Shown: piece after piece, positions 1 through 7,281 of the stretch
Layout of the letters: each line of letters starts with the position of its first letter
How positions within the stretch are numbered: position 1 is the first letter of the stretch
Origin: Candidatus Hydrogenedentota bacterium
GTDB taxonomy: Bacteria; Hydrogenedentota; Hydrogenedentia; Hydrogenedentales; SLHB01
Assembly: GCA_034408725.1 (NCBI GenBank)
Contig: JAWXCN010000102.1
Location: 1 to 18,900 of the forward strand
DNA length: 18,900 nt
Reading direction: 5' to 3'
Program-made: the position numbers and the translations under genes
The notes under the pieces: generated by a model
Told to the model about the DNA's origin: nothing
What the model saw: the letters and a program-made list of their open reading frames with translations, nothing else
Database searches by the model: none

Positions 1-651
1 GCCAAAGAACCCGCCAATAGCGTCGCCCATCGAGAAAATGAGTTGCGCCGGTCCAGTCCCGGACGCATCAGTCACCAGCTCTGAGATACTCGCCTGAGGA
101 TCGTCATCCGTCAGCCGATCGAGCAGGTAGCCTGTATACCAGTACGTCTCATCCATCAGGGGCATTCCCCGATTTTCGGTCCACTTGCCGAACGACGGAC
201 CCGGTTTGTTCTCAAAGCACACGAGGTGCGCTTCTGAACCTCCGTTGCTGGGACTATATAAATCGTCGACTGATACAGACGACGATGAAGGGCATACCGC
301 AAGTGACGCGTCCGTCAGATATTCGGGATAAACCAAACTCATCTGAGGATTCAGCCAATGGGTGGGCGCGCCTACGAATGGCGCCGCGGGAAACATCGTC
401 GCGCCCGTGTCGCAGTTCGTGATCTTTTCCCACGACGTCTGCATACGGGGCAACTCCTCGTTCTTGGACTCGCCTGCGAACATCTTGAAAATGATGCCCC
501 ATTGCTTGAGGTTATTTTGGCAACTTGCGCGGCGTGCCGCTTCGCGGGCGCGCGCCAGCGCCGGTAGAAGAATTGCCGCAAGAACGCCTATAATGGCGAT
601 GACAACCAGCAACTCAATTAGGGTAAATCCCGAGGAGCGTTCTCTCTTCAT
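1..651 (-). CDS. Prepilin-type N-terminal cleavage/methylation domain protein (DUF1559-like), 3' end outside the window
   Basis: Absent from the ORF track because it is open at the window edge. Manual translation from ATG 651 gives [62 protein letters not shown]...VYPEYLTD...CPS, with no stop seen to position 1. It has the [14 protein letters not shown] type IV prepilin motif and the [19 protein letters not shown]1559 signature. Alternative in-frame ATGs at 714/717. Confidence 0.92.
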   Translation of the reverse strand, partial: MKRERSSGFTLIELLVVIAIIGVLAAILLPALARAREAARRASCQNNLKQWGIIFKMFAGESKNEELPRMQTSWEKITNCDTGATMFPAAPFVGAPTHWLNPQMSLVYPEYLTDASLAVCPSSSSVSVDDLYSPSNGGSEAHLVCFENKPGPSFGKWTENRGMPLMDETYWYTGYLLDRLTDDDPQASISELVTDASGTGPAQLIFSMGDAIGGFFG

Positions 652-748
652 TGTACCTGTTCCCCATGCCGGTCTGGGTTCCCGCGATGCTGGCGTGTCG
701 CCAAACAATTCCATCATTGTGTGCCCAGTCGGCTTTGTCGAGGCTGGG

Positions 749-776
749 ACTTGGGTGGCCGCATGGCCGCCCAAGT
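749..776. repeat. GC-rich inverted repeat / hairpin (REP-like or 5' UTR stem)
   Basis: ACTTGGGTGGCC-GCAT-GGCCGCCCAAGT: 12-bp stem with one G-T pair and a 4-nt loop. Confidence 0.55.
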
Positions 777-833
777 TCGAGCTGCATTCAAGTTGATTGG
801 AATATTATCATAAGTTCTATATGCCTAACAACT

Positions 834-862
834 ATCTTAATATATTTTATTAAGCATTGCAA
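834..862 (-). promoter_or_regulatory. Putative sigma70 promoter for the prepilin gene, with a 7-5-7 inverted repeat across its spacer/-10
   Basis: Minus strand TTGCAA (862-857) -17 nt- TAAGAT (839-834); CTTAATA-N5-TATTAAG at 836-854. Confidence 0.4.
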
Positions 863-889
863 CACAGCATGTTATGATGCGGTAATCTT

Positions 890-922
890 ATACTTGACTT
901 AGTTTATCTTGTATGTAATAAT
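890..922 (+). promoter_or_regulatory. Sigma70 promoter of the sulfite reductase operon, with an overlapping Rrf2 (IscR/CymR)-like site
   Basis: TTGACT (894-899) -17 nt- AATAAT (917-922) with an extended -10 TG (914-915). ATACTTGACTTAGTTTATCTTGTAT (890-914) resembles the IscR type-1 motif. RBS AGGAG at 939-943. Confidence 0.65.
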
Positions 923-953
923 TAATGTGGCCCTATTTAGGAGAACTGTTTCA

Positions 954-2711
954 ATGTCGAATGAGCCCAATGGAAACGGGGACGGAGCCAAACTGTCTGC
1001 CGTTGAAGGTATTAAGGCCACCAGCCACGGCCTGTACGGCAATCTCGTGAAAGAGATTGGCGATGCGAATCCGTTTTTGGGCGATGATTCCATGCAGCTC
1101 GTCAAGCACCACGGGTCGTACCAGCAAGACAATCGTGATATCCGCACGGCCCGGAAAAAGCAGGGGTTGGATTGGGAATACAAGTTCATGATCCGCACGA
1201 AATTTCCCGGAGGAGCGATCAGCGCGGATCAATACCTCATTTGCGACGACCTCTGCGGCAAATACGGCCAGGATGACCTGCGCGTCACATCGAGGCAGGA
1301 CTTTCAGTTCCACGGCGTTGTAAAGAGCAACCTTCGCCCGCTCATCCACGATTTGAACAAGCTCGCACAGATTTCAACGTTTGGCGGTTGCGGCGACGTC
1401 GTGCGCAATACCATGGCGGCGCCCGTTGCGGACATCGATCAGCGCTATTCGAAGTGCAGCGCCGACCTGATCGAGATGTCGCGTCGCGTCAGCGATTACT
1501 TCATGCCCAAAACGAAGTCGTACTACGACCTTTGGGTAGACGATGAAAAAGTCGTTGCGCACGAAGACGGCACCTACGAAATTGGAAAAGTAAGCGAGAC
1601 GGTTGAAGACCCGATCTACGGCCAGGTCTATCTTCCGCGCAAGTTCAAGATTGGTTTTGCCGCGGACTTCGATAACTCCATAGATGTTTATACGCAGGAT
1701 ATCGGTGTAATTGCCGTGACCGAAAACGGCGTTATCGTGGGGTATGAACTATTGGTCGGCGGCGGCTTGGGATACACGCACCGCAAACCGGAGACTTATG
1801 CGCGCTTGGGAACACCGCTTGCCTTTGTAAGTGTTGATGACCTGATTCCGCTGATGGAAACAATCGTCAAAGTGCAGCGCGATTACGGTGGCCGCGAAAA
1901 CCGCCGCCACGCGCGCCTTAAATACCTCATCGACGATTGGGGCTGGGACAAATTTGTCGCGACGGTATACGAATACGCCGGGAAGACCTATCCCGCTCCG
2001 CGCGGAATAACGCCGTCAGACCAACCCGATTACCTCGGCTGGCACAAACAGATTCAGCCCGGTCTAAACTACGTCGGCGTTTGGGTTGAGAATGGGCGCA
2101 TCCGCGACTTTGACGGCGGATACAAATTTCGCTCGGGGCTGCGCACCATCATCGAACACTTCAAATGCGACGTGCGGTTGACGCCGCATCATAACGTAGT
2201 TCTGGCGAATATCCGCGATGAAGACGTGGACACGGTCCAAGCCTTGTTGGACAAACACGGAATCCCGACGGATAAAGGCATCTCGCGGTTGCGCCGGTTG
2301 GAAATGGCGTGCCCGGCACTGCCCTTCTGCGGCCTTGCACTTTCGGAATCCGAACGCGCGATGCCGGGAATCATTCATGACATCGAGTCCGCGGGCCACG
2401 GCGATGCGGATGTAATCATCCGCATGAGTGGCTGCCCCAACAATTGCTCACGCCCGCGTTCGGCGGAAATCGGCATCGTCGGCAGCGGTTCGGACCGTTA
2501 CGTGATCTATACGGGCGGCGACTACAACGGCACGCGTCTGAACGAACTCGTCGCGGAAAAACTCAGCGGGGCGGATATCGCCGCGGCCGTTTCCACGCTC
2601 TTGACCGCATGGAAAGCGGAACGCACGAACGGCGAACGCTTCGGCGACTGGTCGTACCGCATTGGCGTCGGCGGCGTAAAACAGCACCTCGCGAGTGTCG
2701 TGAAGGTTTAG
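954..2711 (+). CDS. cysI: Assimilatory sulfite reductase, siroheme/[4Fe-4S] hemoprotein (CysI/Sir family)
   Basis: Motifs KHHGSYQQDNRD, RVTSRQDFQFHG, CGDVVRN, YLPRKFK, RLKYLI and the cofactor Cys motifs CPALPFC and GCPNNC. Start moved to ATG 954, which follows AGGAG. Adjacent to cysH. Confidence 0.93.
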   Translation: MSNEPNGNGDGAKLSAVEGIKATSHGLYGNLVKEIGDANPFLGDDSMQLVKHHGSYQQDNRDIRTARKKQGLDWEYKFMIRTKFPGGAISADQYLICDDLCGKYGQDDLRVTSRQDFQFHGVVKSNLRPLIHDLNKLAQISTFGGCGDVVRNTMAAPVADIDQRYSKCSADLIEMSRRVSDYFMPKTKSYYDLWVDDEKVVAHEDGTYEIGKVSETVEDPIYGQVYLPRKFKIGFAADFDNSIDVYTQDIGVIAVTENGVIVGYELLVGGGLGYTHRKPETYARLGTPLAFVSVDDLIPLMETIVKVQRDYGGRENRRHARLKYLIDDWGWDKFVATVYEYAGKTYPAPRGITPSDQPDYLGWHKQIQPGLNYVGVWVENGRIRDFDGGYKFRSGLRTIIEHFKCDVRLTPHHNVVLANIRDEDVDTVQALLDKHGIPTDKGISRLRRLEMACPALPFCGLALSESERAMPGIIHDIESAGHGDADVIIRMSGCPNNCSRPRSAEIGIVGSGSDRYVIYTGGDYNGTRLNELVAEKLSGADIAAAVSTLLTAWKAERTNGERFGDWSYRIGVGGVKQHLASVVKV

Positions 2712-2712
2712 T

Positions 2713-3447
2713 ATGGCAACAGTACCCGAACCCGATATCCTCGAATATATTGAAGGGCTAAGCGCGGAAGAAATCATCAAATGGGCGTACGATACGCACG
2801 GTGATCGCGCGGCCCTGCAAACGAGCCTTCAAAACACGGGGTGCGTGCAGATCGATATTGCCAGCCGCGTCGCGCCCAGGCTGCGGATCATTACGGTGGA
2901 CACCTGGCGGTTGCCCGAAGAAACGTATCAACTCATTGACGAGATCGAGCAGCGCTACGGCATCACGCTCGAACGGTTCGAGCCGGACGCGGATCGCGTA
3001 AAACAAATGATCGAACGACACGGAGAATACCTGTTCTTCGACTCCAAGGAAAAGCAGGAGTATTGCTGCACGCTGCGGAAAGTCGAACCCAATACCCGAT
3101 CGATGGAAACCGTTGACGCTCTCATCGGCGGGCGGCGGCGCGATCAATCGAATTTCCGTAAAAAACTGCCCAAGGCCGAGTACACGCAAACGGAAACGCA
3201 TAGCGTGTTGAAATTGAACCCACTGGCCGACTGGACCGAAAACCAGATATGGGATTACATCCGCGCGCACAATGTGCCCTACAGCAAACTCTACGAACAG
3301 GGCTATACGAGTATCGGGTGCAAAATCTGCACGACCCCCACCAAGCCTTGGGAAGACAAACGGGCTGGCCGTTGGCGCTGGTTCAACCAACTCGACCCCG
3401 ACGCCAACAAGGAATGCGGCATCCATTTAGGCGGTAGCGGGATATAA
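2713..3447 (+). CDS. cysH: Adenosine 5'-phosphosulfate (APS)/PAPS reductase, Fe-S (APS) type
   Basis: Motifs VDT, CCTLRKVEP, GRRRDQS, NPLADWT, SIGCKICT, RAGRW and C-terminal KECGIH. The CC plus CxxC pattern indicates a [4Fe-4S] APS reductase. Confidence 0.93.
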   Translation: MATVPEPDILEYIEGLSAEEIIKWAYDTHGDRAALQTSLQNTGCVQIDIASRVAPRLRIITVDTWRLPEETYQLIDEIEQRYGITLERFEPDADRVKQMIERHGEYLFFDSKEKQEYCCTLRKVEPNTRSMETVDALIGGRRRDQSNFRKKLPKAEYTQTETHSVLKLNPLADWTENQIWDYIRAHNVPYSKLYEQGYTSIGCKICTTPTKPWEDKRAGRWRWFNQLDPDANKECGIHLGGSGI

Positions 3448-3476
3448 TATTATATCGGACTAAGAGGAGGGGCGAA

Positions 3477-4088
3477 ATGAAGCATGGGACCTGTCGACTA
3501 GAAGGCCCACCCCGCCTACTGGCACTTTCCCTGTTTATCCCTGTCGCTGCGGTTGGACTCTCTCCCGTTACTTACGTTTATAGCGCTGCCGATTTTCACG
3601 GAACCGATGAGAACATAAAGATTGAACGCCGGACACTTACCTCAGAAGAGATCGGCAAGGCAGCTAATCGTCCGCGTGTTTATTTTGGCGATGCAGTGTC
3701 AATTGTGGCTCAAACAGATGCAATTACAGTTCAATGTATGCCAGCGTTTCAAATCTCCGTAGATGCCACGGCATATTTTTGCTTTCGAATTATGAACAAA
3801 ACAGATAGCATTATAGACATCCCTAAGGCAGAAATTTCGCTCACGCGGGATTTATGGTGGGGAATCAGAACGCGAACGCCTATTGCTGTTGGATTTGAAC
3901 ACTTATATCCTTTTCCTGAAAGACGAAATGTAACGGAAATCTCCATAACGCCACACTCTGACAGCTACATTTTCTTGGCATTTAAAAATAGGAAACCGAC
4001 AGAAAAATTTGTGGTTCACCTAACTTTAGTTTCGGATGACAAGAAGTCACGTCACAGTTTTACCTTCGACGGCGTGGACAGACTTTGA
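3477..4088 (+). CDS. Hypothetical exported protein, paralog of the next gene
   Basis: Strong RBS GAGGAGG (3464-3470), N-terminal hydrophobic signal-like stretch, AT-richer than its neighbours. Shares TSEEI, QCMPA, R.R.P..VGF and F.F.G motifs with 4149-4766. Confidence 0.75.
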   Translation: MKHGTCRLEGPPRLLALSLFIPVAAVGLSPVTYVYSAADFHGTDENIKIERRTLTSEEIGKAANRPRVYFGDAVSIVAQTDAITVQCMPAFQISVDATAYFCFRIMNKTDSIIDIPKAEISLTRDLWWGIRTRTPIAVGFEHLYPFPERRNVTEISITPHSDSYIFLAFKNRKPTEKFVVHLTLVSDDKKSRHSFTFDGVDRL

Positions 4089-4148
4089 ATTAAGTTGGAC
4101 TCTGGCAATTACATTAACTGCGGTGAAATTATTGTAGGAGTGCTCCGA

Positions 4149-4766
4149 ATGCCTGCTAGATGCTGGCGGCCCGCTAGCTATTGGTTCTTTTGCGTCACGA
4201 TGGTTACCTTAGTCCTGCCGTCTTGTATTCCGCAATATTTTCTTTATGAAGTTGAAAGCTTTAAAGGTCGAACCGTGTCCTTAGAGGGTTCCGATACAAT
4301 TGTCACGCAGCGACCGCCAACCAGCGAAGAAATTAGCGCATGCAAGGCGCGGATTCGAGATCTCAACGCTAAGTCCATCATCGTCGAGAGGAATGGCATT
4401 CGCATCCAGTGTATGCCGGCGGGTCAGTTTGCCAATTCCGATGAAGTAATTTTTGCGGTGTTAGTCTCCAACTCGTCAAGTGCCCCCATAAGCGCCCTGG
4501 AATCGAGTATTGCGCTTTCGCATCCTTTCCCAATATCCGGGGAGCGTAGCCGTAAGCCCCGTGAAGTGGGCTTCGCAACGGGTGTCGGTATGGATTCACC
4601 CACTGTGGATCCAATGAGTCTAATTCTGACTGGGACTACGAGCCCCATTATAGTCAAGTTCGAGAAAGAACGTAGGAAAAAACCGATGAAACTCGAATTC
4701 ACCATTCAGGTTGCCAACGGCACTGATTACACCTATGAGTTTTCTTTTAATGGCCTTCAACTCTAA
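4149..4766 (+). CDS. Hypothetical lipoprotein, paralog of the previous gene
   Basis: ATG 4149 follows AGGAG (4136-4140). Signal peptide with a lipobox-like LPSC. Colinear similarity to 3477-4088. Stop overlaps the next start (TAATG). Confidence 0.75.
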   Translation: MPARCWRPASYWFFCVTMVTLVLPSCIPQYFLYEVESFKGRTVSLEGSDTIVTQRPPTSEEISACKARIRDLNAKSIIVERNGIRIQCMPAGQFANSDEVIFAVLVSNSSSAPISALESSIALSHPFPISGERSRKPREVGFATGVGMDSPTVDPMSLILTGTTSPIIVKFEKERRKKPMKLEFTIQVANGTDYTYEFSFNGLQL

Positions 4767-5317
4767 TGGCAGCGCCGAGGCGATCCGACTACAAACTACT
4801 CGTCCCCATCACTGTCCGGTGGGGCGACATGGATGCGTATGGCCACGTGAACAACGCTGTCTTCTCGACGTATTTCGAGACGGCGCGCATGAAGTTTTTC
4901 GAGAGCGTGGATATCTTCGAGCGCCGCGAAAATGAACGCCATGCCCCTGCGATAGTCTCGGTGACTCTCAACTTTCGACAACAGGTTCATTACCCCGCCA
5001 ACCTCGAAGCGGGTATACGCTGCATAAAGGTTGGAACAAAAAGTTTCACGCTGGAACACCAGCTTTTCCGGGCAGGAACCGACTCGGTAGTTGCCGATGG
5101 GACTTCGGTTATCGCCTGGGTGGACTATGCTGCCGGGGCCGCGATCCCCATCCCTACACAACTTCGCGCCGCCCTTGAGTCAACCCAACTCCAAGCGGGC
5201 CGAAGCCCCAGCTCGGCCCGTCCGAAATTGACACACCCGCAAACGTCTGGTATCATTTACCATAGAATAGTAAACATATCACCTTCGGGGCAGGGTGCAA
5301 TTCCCGATCGGCGGTAA
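4766..5317 (+). CDS. Acyl-CoA thioesterase, hotdog fold (YbgC/FadM/4HBT family), with an apparently non-homologous C-terminal extension
   Basis: VRWGDMDAYGHVNNAVFSTYFETAR signature, GTKSF and ADGTSVIAWVD. The family core ends near LRAALE (~5179). Confidence 0.88.
   Translation: MAAPRRSDYKLLVPITVRWGDMDAYGHVNNAVFSTYFETARMKFFESVDIFERRENERHAPAIVSVTLNFRQQVHYPANLEAGIRCIKVGTKSFTLEHQLFRAGTDSVVADGTSVIAWVDYAAGAAIPIPTQLRAALESTQLQAGRSPSSARPKLTHPQTSGIIYHRIVNISPSGQGAIPDRR
5196..5220. repeat. GC-rich hairpin (REP-like) just upstream of the rib promoter
   Basis: CGGGCCG-A-AGC-CCCA-GCT-CGGCCCG: 10-bp stem with one bulge and no U-tract. Confidence 0.5.
5228..5256 (+). promoter_or_regulatory. Sigma70 promoter of the riboflavin operon
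   Basis: TTGACA (5228-5233) -17 nt- TATCAT (5251-5256) with an extended -10 TG, about 22 nt upstream of the FMN aptamer. Confidence 0.85.
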
Positions 5318-5393
5318 AGCCCGCGAGTGCCTTCGGGCACAGGATCCGGTGAAACTCCGGGGCCGACGGTATAGTCCGGATGAAAGAAGGTGA
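5279..5393 (+). ncRNA. FMN riboswitch (RFN element) aptamer
   Basis: Consensus blocks CTTCGGGGCAGGGTGCAATTCCCGATCGGCGGTAAAGCCCGCG...GATCCGGTGAAACTCCGGGGCCGACGGTATAGTCCGGATGAAAGAAG. P1 is TCACCTTC (5279-5286) / GAAGGTGA (5386-5393). Directly upstream of ribD. Confidence 0.97.
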
Positions 5394-5483
5394 GGCTCGA
5401 CCGGTGGCTTAACCGCCACAGGGTAATCTGCATGCGCCGTGCGCACGCGGAGTTTGCTGTATTTACAGCAGGGGGCCTTGTAA

Positions 5484-5523
5484 CGTCCCGAAGGCAAACG
5501 AAGCTTTTGGGACGATTTGTTTT
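5484..5523 (+). terminator. Riboswitch expression-platform hairpin (terminator and/or SD sequestrator)
   Basis: CGTCCCGAAGGC-N7-GCTTTTGGGACG followed by ATTTGTTTT and the ribD ATG. The 5' arm CCCGAAGG is complementary to the aptamer's CCTTCGGG (5282-5289). Confidence 0.75.
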
Positions 5524-6639
5524 ATGGCGCGCAAAGCAGCACATACGCCAAAAGGCTGGGACCACGATGCCCAATTCATGAGCCGTGCGCTCGAATTGGC
5601 CGCGGAAGGTCGTGGCCGCACCAGTCCGAATCCGATGGTGGGTTGCGTCATTGTCCGCGATGGCGCCGTCATCGGAGAAGGGTTCCACGAACGGGCCGGC
5701 GAACCTCACGCGGAGGTAAACGCAGTCCGCGCGGCTGGTGGCGACATCGCGGGGGCAACGGTTTATGTAACCCTTGAGCCTTGTTTCCATGAGGGTCGCA
5801 CTCCCCCCTGCTCGGCAATGCTTGTCGAACACAAGCCCGAACGAATCGTCATGGCAATGCTCGATCCGAATCCTGCGGTCTGCGGTCAAGGTCTCGCATC
5901 GCTTCGCGCGGCGGGCGTTAGCGTCGATGTTGGCGTGCTCGAATCCGAAGCCCGGACGCTCAATGAAGCATTCGAAAAATACATCACGCGCGGCTTGCCT
6001 TTCGTAATCGCGAAGTGCGGGATGTCGCTCGACGGGAAAATCGCGACGCACACCGGCGATTCCCGATGGGTTACGGGCGAAGCGTCACGGGGGCTCGTGC
6101 ATGCGTTGCGCAATGAAGTGGACGCAATCCTCGTGGGCAGCAGGACCGTCATGCTGGATGATCCAAGCTTGACTACGCGACTTGACACACAACGGATTAA
6201 GGACCCAGTTCGTGTAATTCTCGACGCAGACGACTACCTGGCATCCGACCGCCGCGTGTTCCTTCAGGACAGTGCCGCTCCAACATGGGTCGCACTTCCC
6301 GAAGGCCGCGACTTCAACGGCGCGGACGAAGTCATTCACGTCCCGGACGGACCGGGCGGTATCGACCTCGTGGCGCTGATGCGGCAGCTTGCGCGGCGCG
6401 AGATCGTATCAGTGTTGATCGAAGGGGGCGGTACCACCCATGCTTCCGCATTCGAAGCGGGAATCGTGGACAAAGTGATGTTCTTCATCGCGCCCAAAAT
6501 CATTGGCGGACGCGACGCGATTACGGCTGTCGAAGGGAAAGGCGCGACCCGGATGGCCGACGTGGTCCACCTCGAGCGCATGACCGTGCGTAGTATTGGT
6601 GAAGATATCCTGATTGAAGCTTACGTGAAAGGCGAGTGA
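5524..6639 (+). CDS. ribD: Bifunctional diaminohydroxyphosphoribosylaminopyrimidine deaminase/reductase
   Basis: TSPNPMVG, HAE, TLEPC..C zinc motif, SLDGKIAT, DDPSLT and IEGG. Confidence 0.97.
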   Translation: MARKAAHTPKGWDHDAQFMSRALELAAEGRGRTSPNPMVGCVIVRDGAVIGEGFHERAGEPHAEVNAVRAAGGDIAGATVYVTLEPCFHEGRTPPCSAMLVEHKPERIVMAMLDPNPAVCGQGLASLRAAGVSVDVGVLESEARTLNEAFEKYITRGLPFVIAKCGMSLDGKIATHTGDSRWVTGEASRGLVHALRNEVDAILVGSRTVMLDDPSLTTRLDTQRIKDPVRVILDADDYLASDRRVFLQDSAAPTWVALPEGRDFNGADEVIHVPDGPGGIDLVALMRQLARREIVSVLIEGGGTTHASAFEAGIVDKVMFFIAPKIIGGRDAITAVEGKGATRMADVVHLERMTVRSIGEDILIEAYVKGE

Positions 6640-6643
6640 TTGC

Positions 6644-7270
6644 GTGTTCACCGGAATCATCGAAGAAATAGGCGCGGTCTCGCGCAGGTCGGGTTCGGAC
6701 CTTACCATCCTTGCCCAAACTGTGCTCGAAGGCATGCGCGAAGGCGACAGTATCGCCATCGATGGTACGTGCTTGACCGTGATCGCATTCACGGCGGAAA
6801 GTTTCGTCGTACAGGTCTCCCCGGAGACTTATAAGCGCACAACGCTTGCGCGTCTCAAGCCCGGCGACGCTGTAAACCTTGAGCGCGCGCTCACTGCGGG
6901 CGCGCGCATGGGCGGCCATTTTGTGCAGGGACACGTGGACGGCGTTGGCCGCGTGCATTCGATAGTGCCCCAAGGTGAGTTTGCGCTATGGCGGTTTCAA
7001 GCGCCTTCCGAGGCTGCGCGATATCTTGTGTCGAAAGGCTCGATTACCATTGATGGCATCAGCCTCACCGTGGTTGATCCGATTGGCGACACATTCGATG
7101 TCGCCATCATTCCGGCAACGCTTCAAAAAACTACGCTCGCAAATAAACGTCCGGGTGATTCCGTGAACATGGAAGCGGACATGCTCGCGAAGCACATTTA
7201 CCAGTTCATGAAAAACATGTCGCCCGGCGGGCTTACCATCGACAAACTGAAACGCCACGGGTTCGCCTGA
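6644..7270 (+). CDS. ribE: Riboflavin synthase (alpha chain; ribE in B. subtilis, ribC in E. coli)
   Basis: GTG start, MFTGIIEE N-terminus, [31 protein letters not shown] and [13 protein letters not shown]. Confidence 0.97.
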   Translation: MFTGIIEEIGAVSRRSGSDLTILAQTVLEGMREGDSIAIDGTCLTVIAFTAESFVVQVSPETYKRTTLARLKPGDAVNLERALTAGARMGGHFVQGHVDGVGRVHSIVPQGEFALWRFQAPSEAARYLVSKGSITIDGISLTVVDPIGDTFDVAIIPATLQKTTLANKRPGDSVNMEADMLAKHIYQFMKNMSPGGLTIDKLKRHGFA

Positions 7271-7281
7271 GAAAGAAGTAT

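Noticed and set aside
786..796. ATTCAAGTTGA shared with 18623-18633
   Set aside because: An 11-bp match only. The copy at 786 has no properly spaced -10, so it is probably chance.
254..902. ORFs 254-502, 358-567, 362-796, 372-581 and 651-902 from the track
   Set aside because: They are shadows of the real minus-strand prepilin gene (1-651) or span promoter DNA, and have no motifs.
909..953. Upstream TTG start for the sulfite reductase
   Set aside because: It overlaps the -10 element. ATG 954 has the AGGAG RBS.
4095..4148. TTG start for the second islet gene
   Set aside because: ATG 4149 has an RBS and puts the signal peptide at the N-terminus.
5257..6051. 264-aa minus-strand ORF over the riboswitch and ribD
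   Set aside because: Antisense to ribD and the FMN riboswitch. A GC-rich shadow ORF with no recognisable domain.
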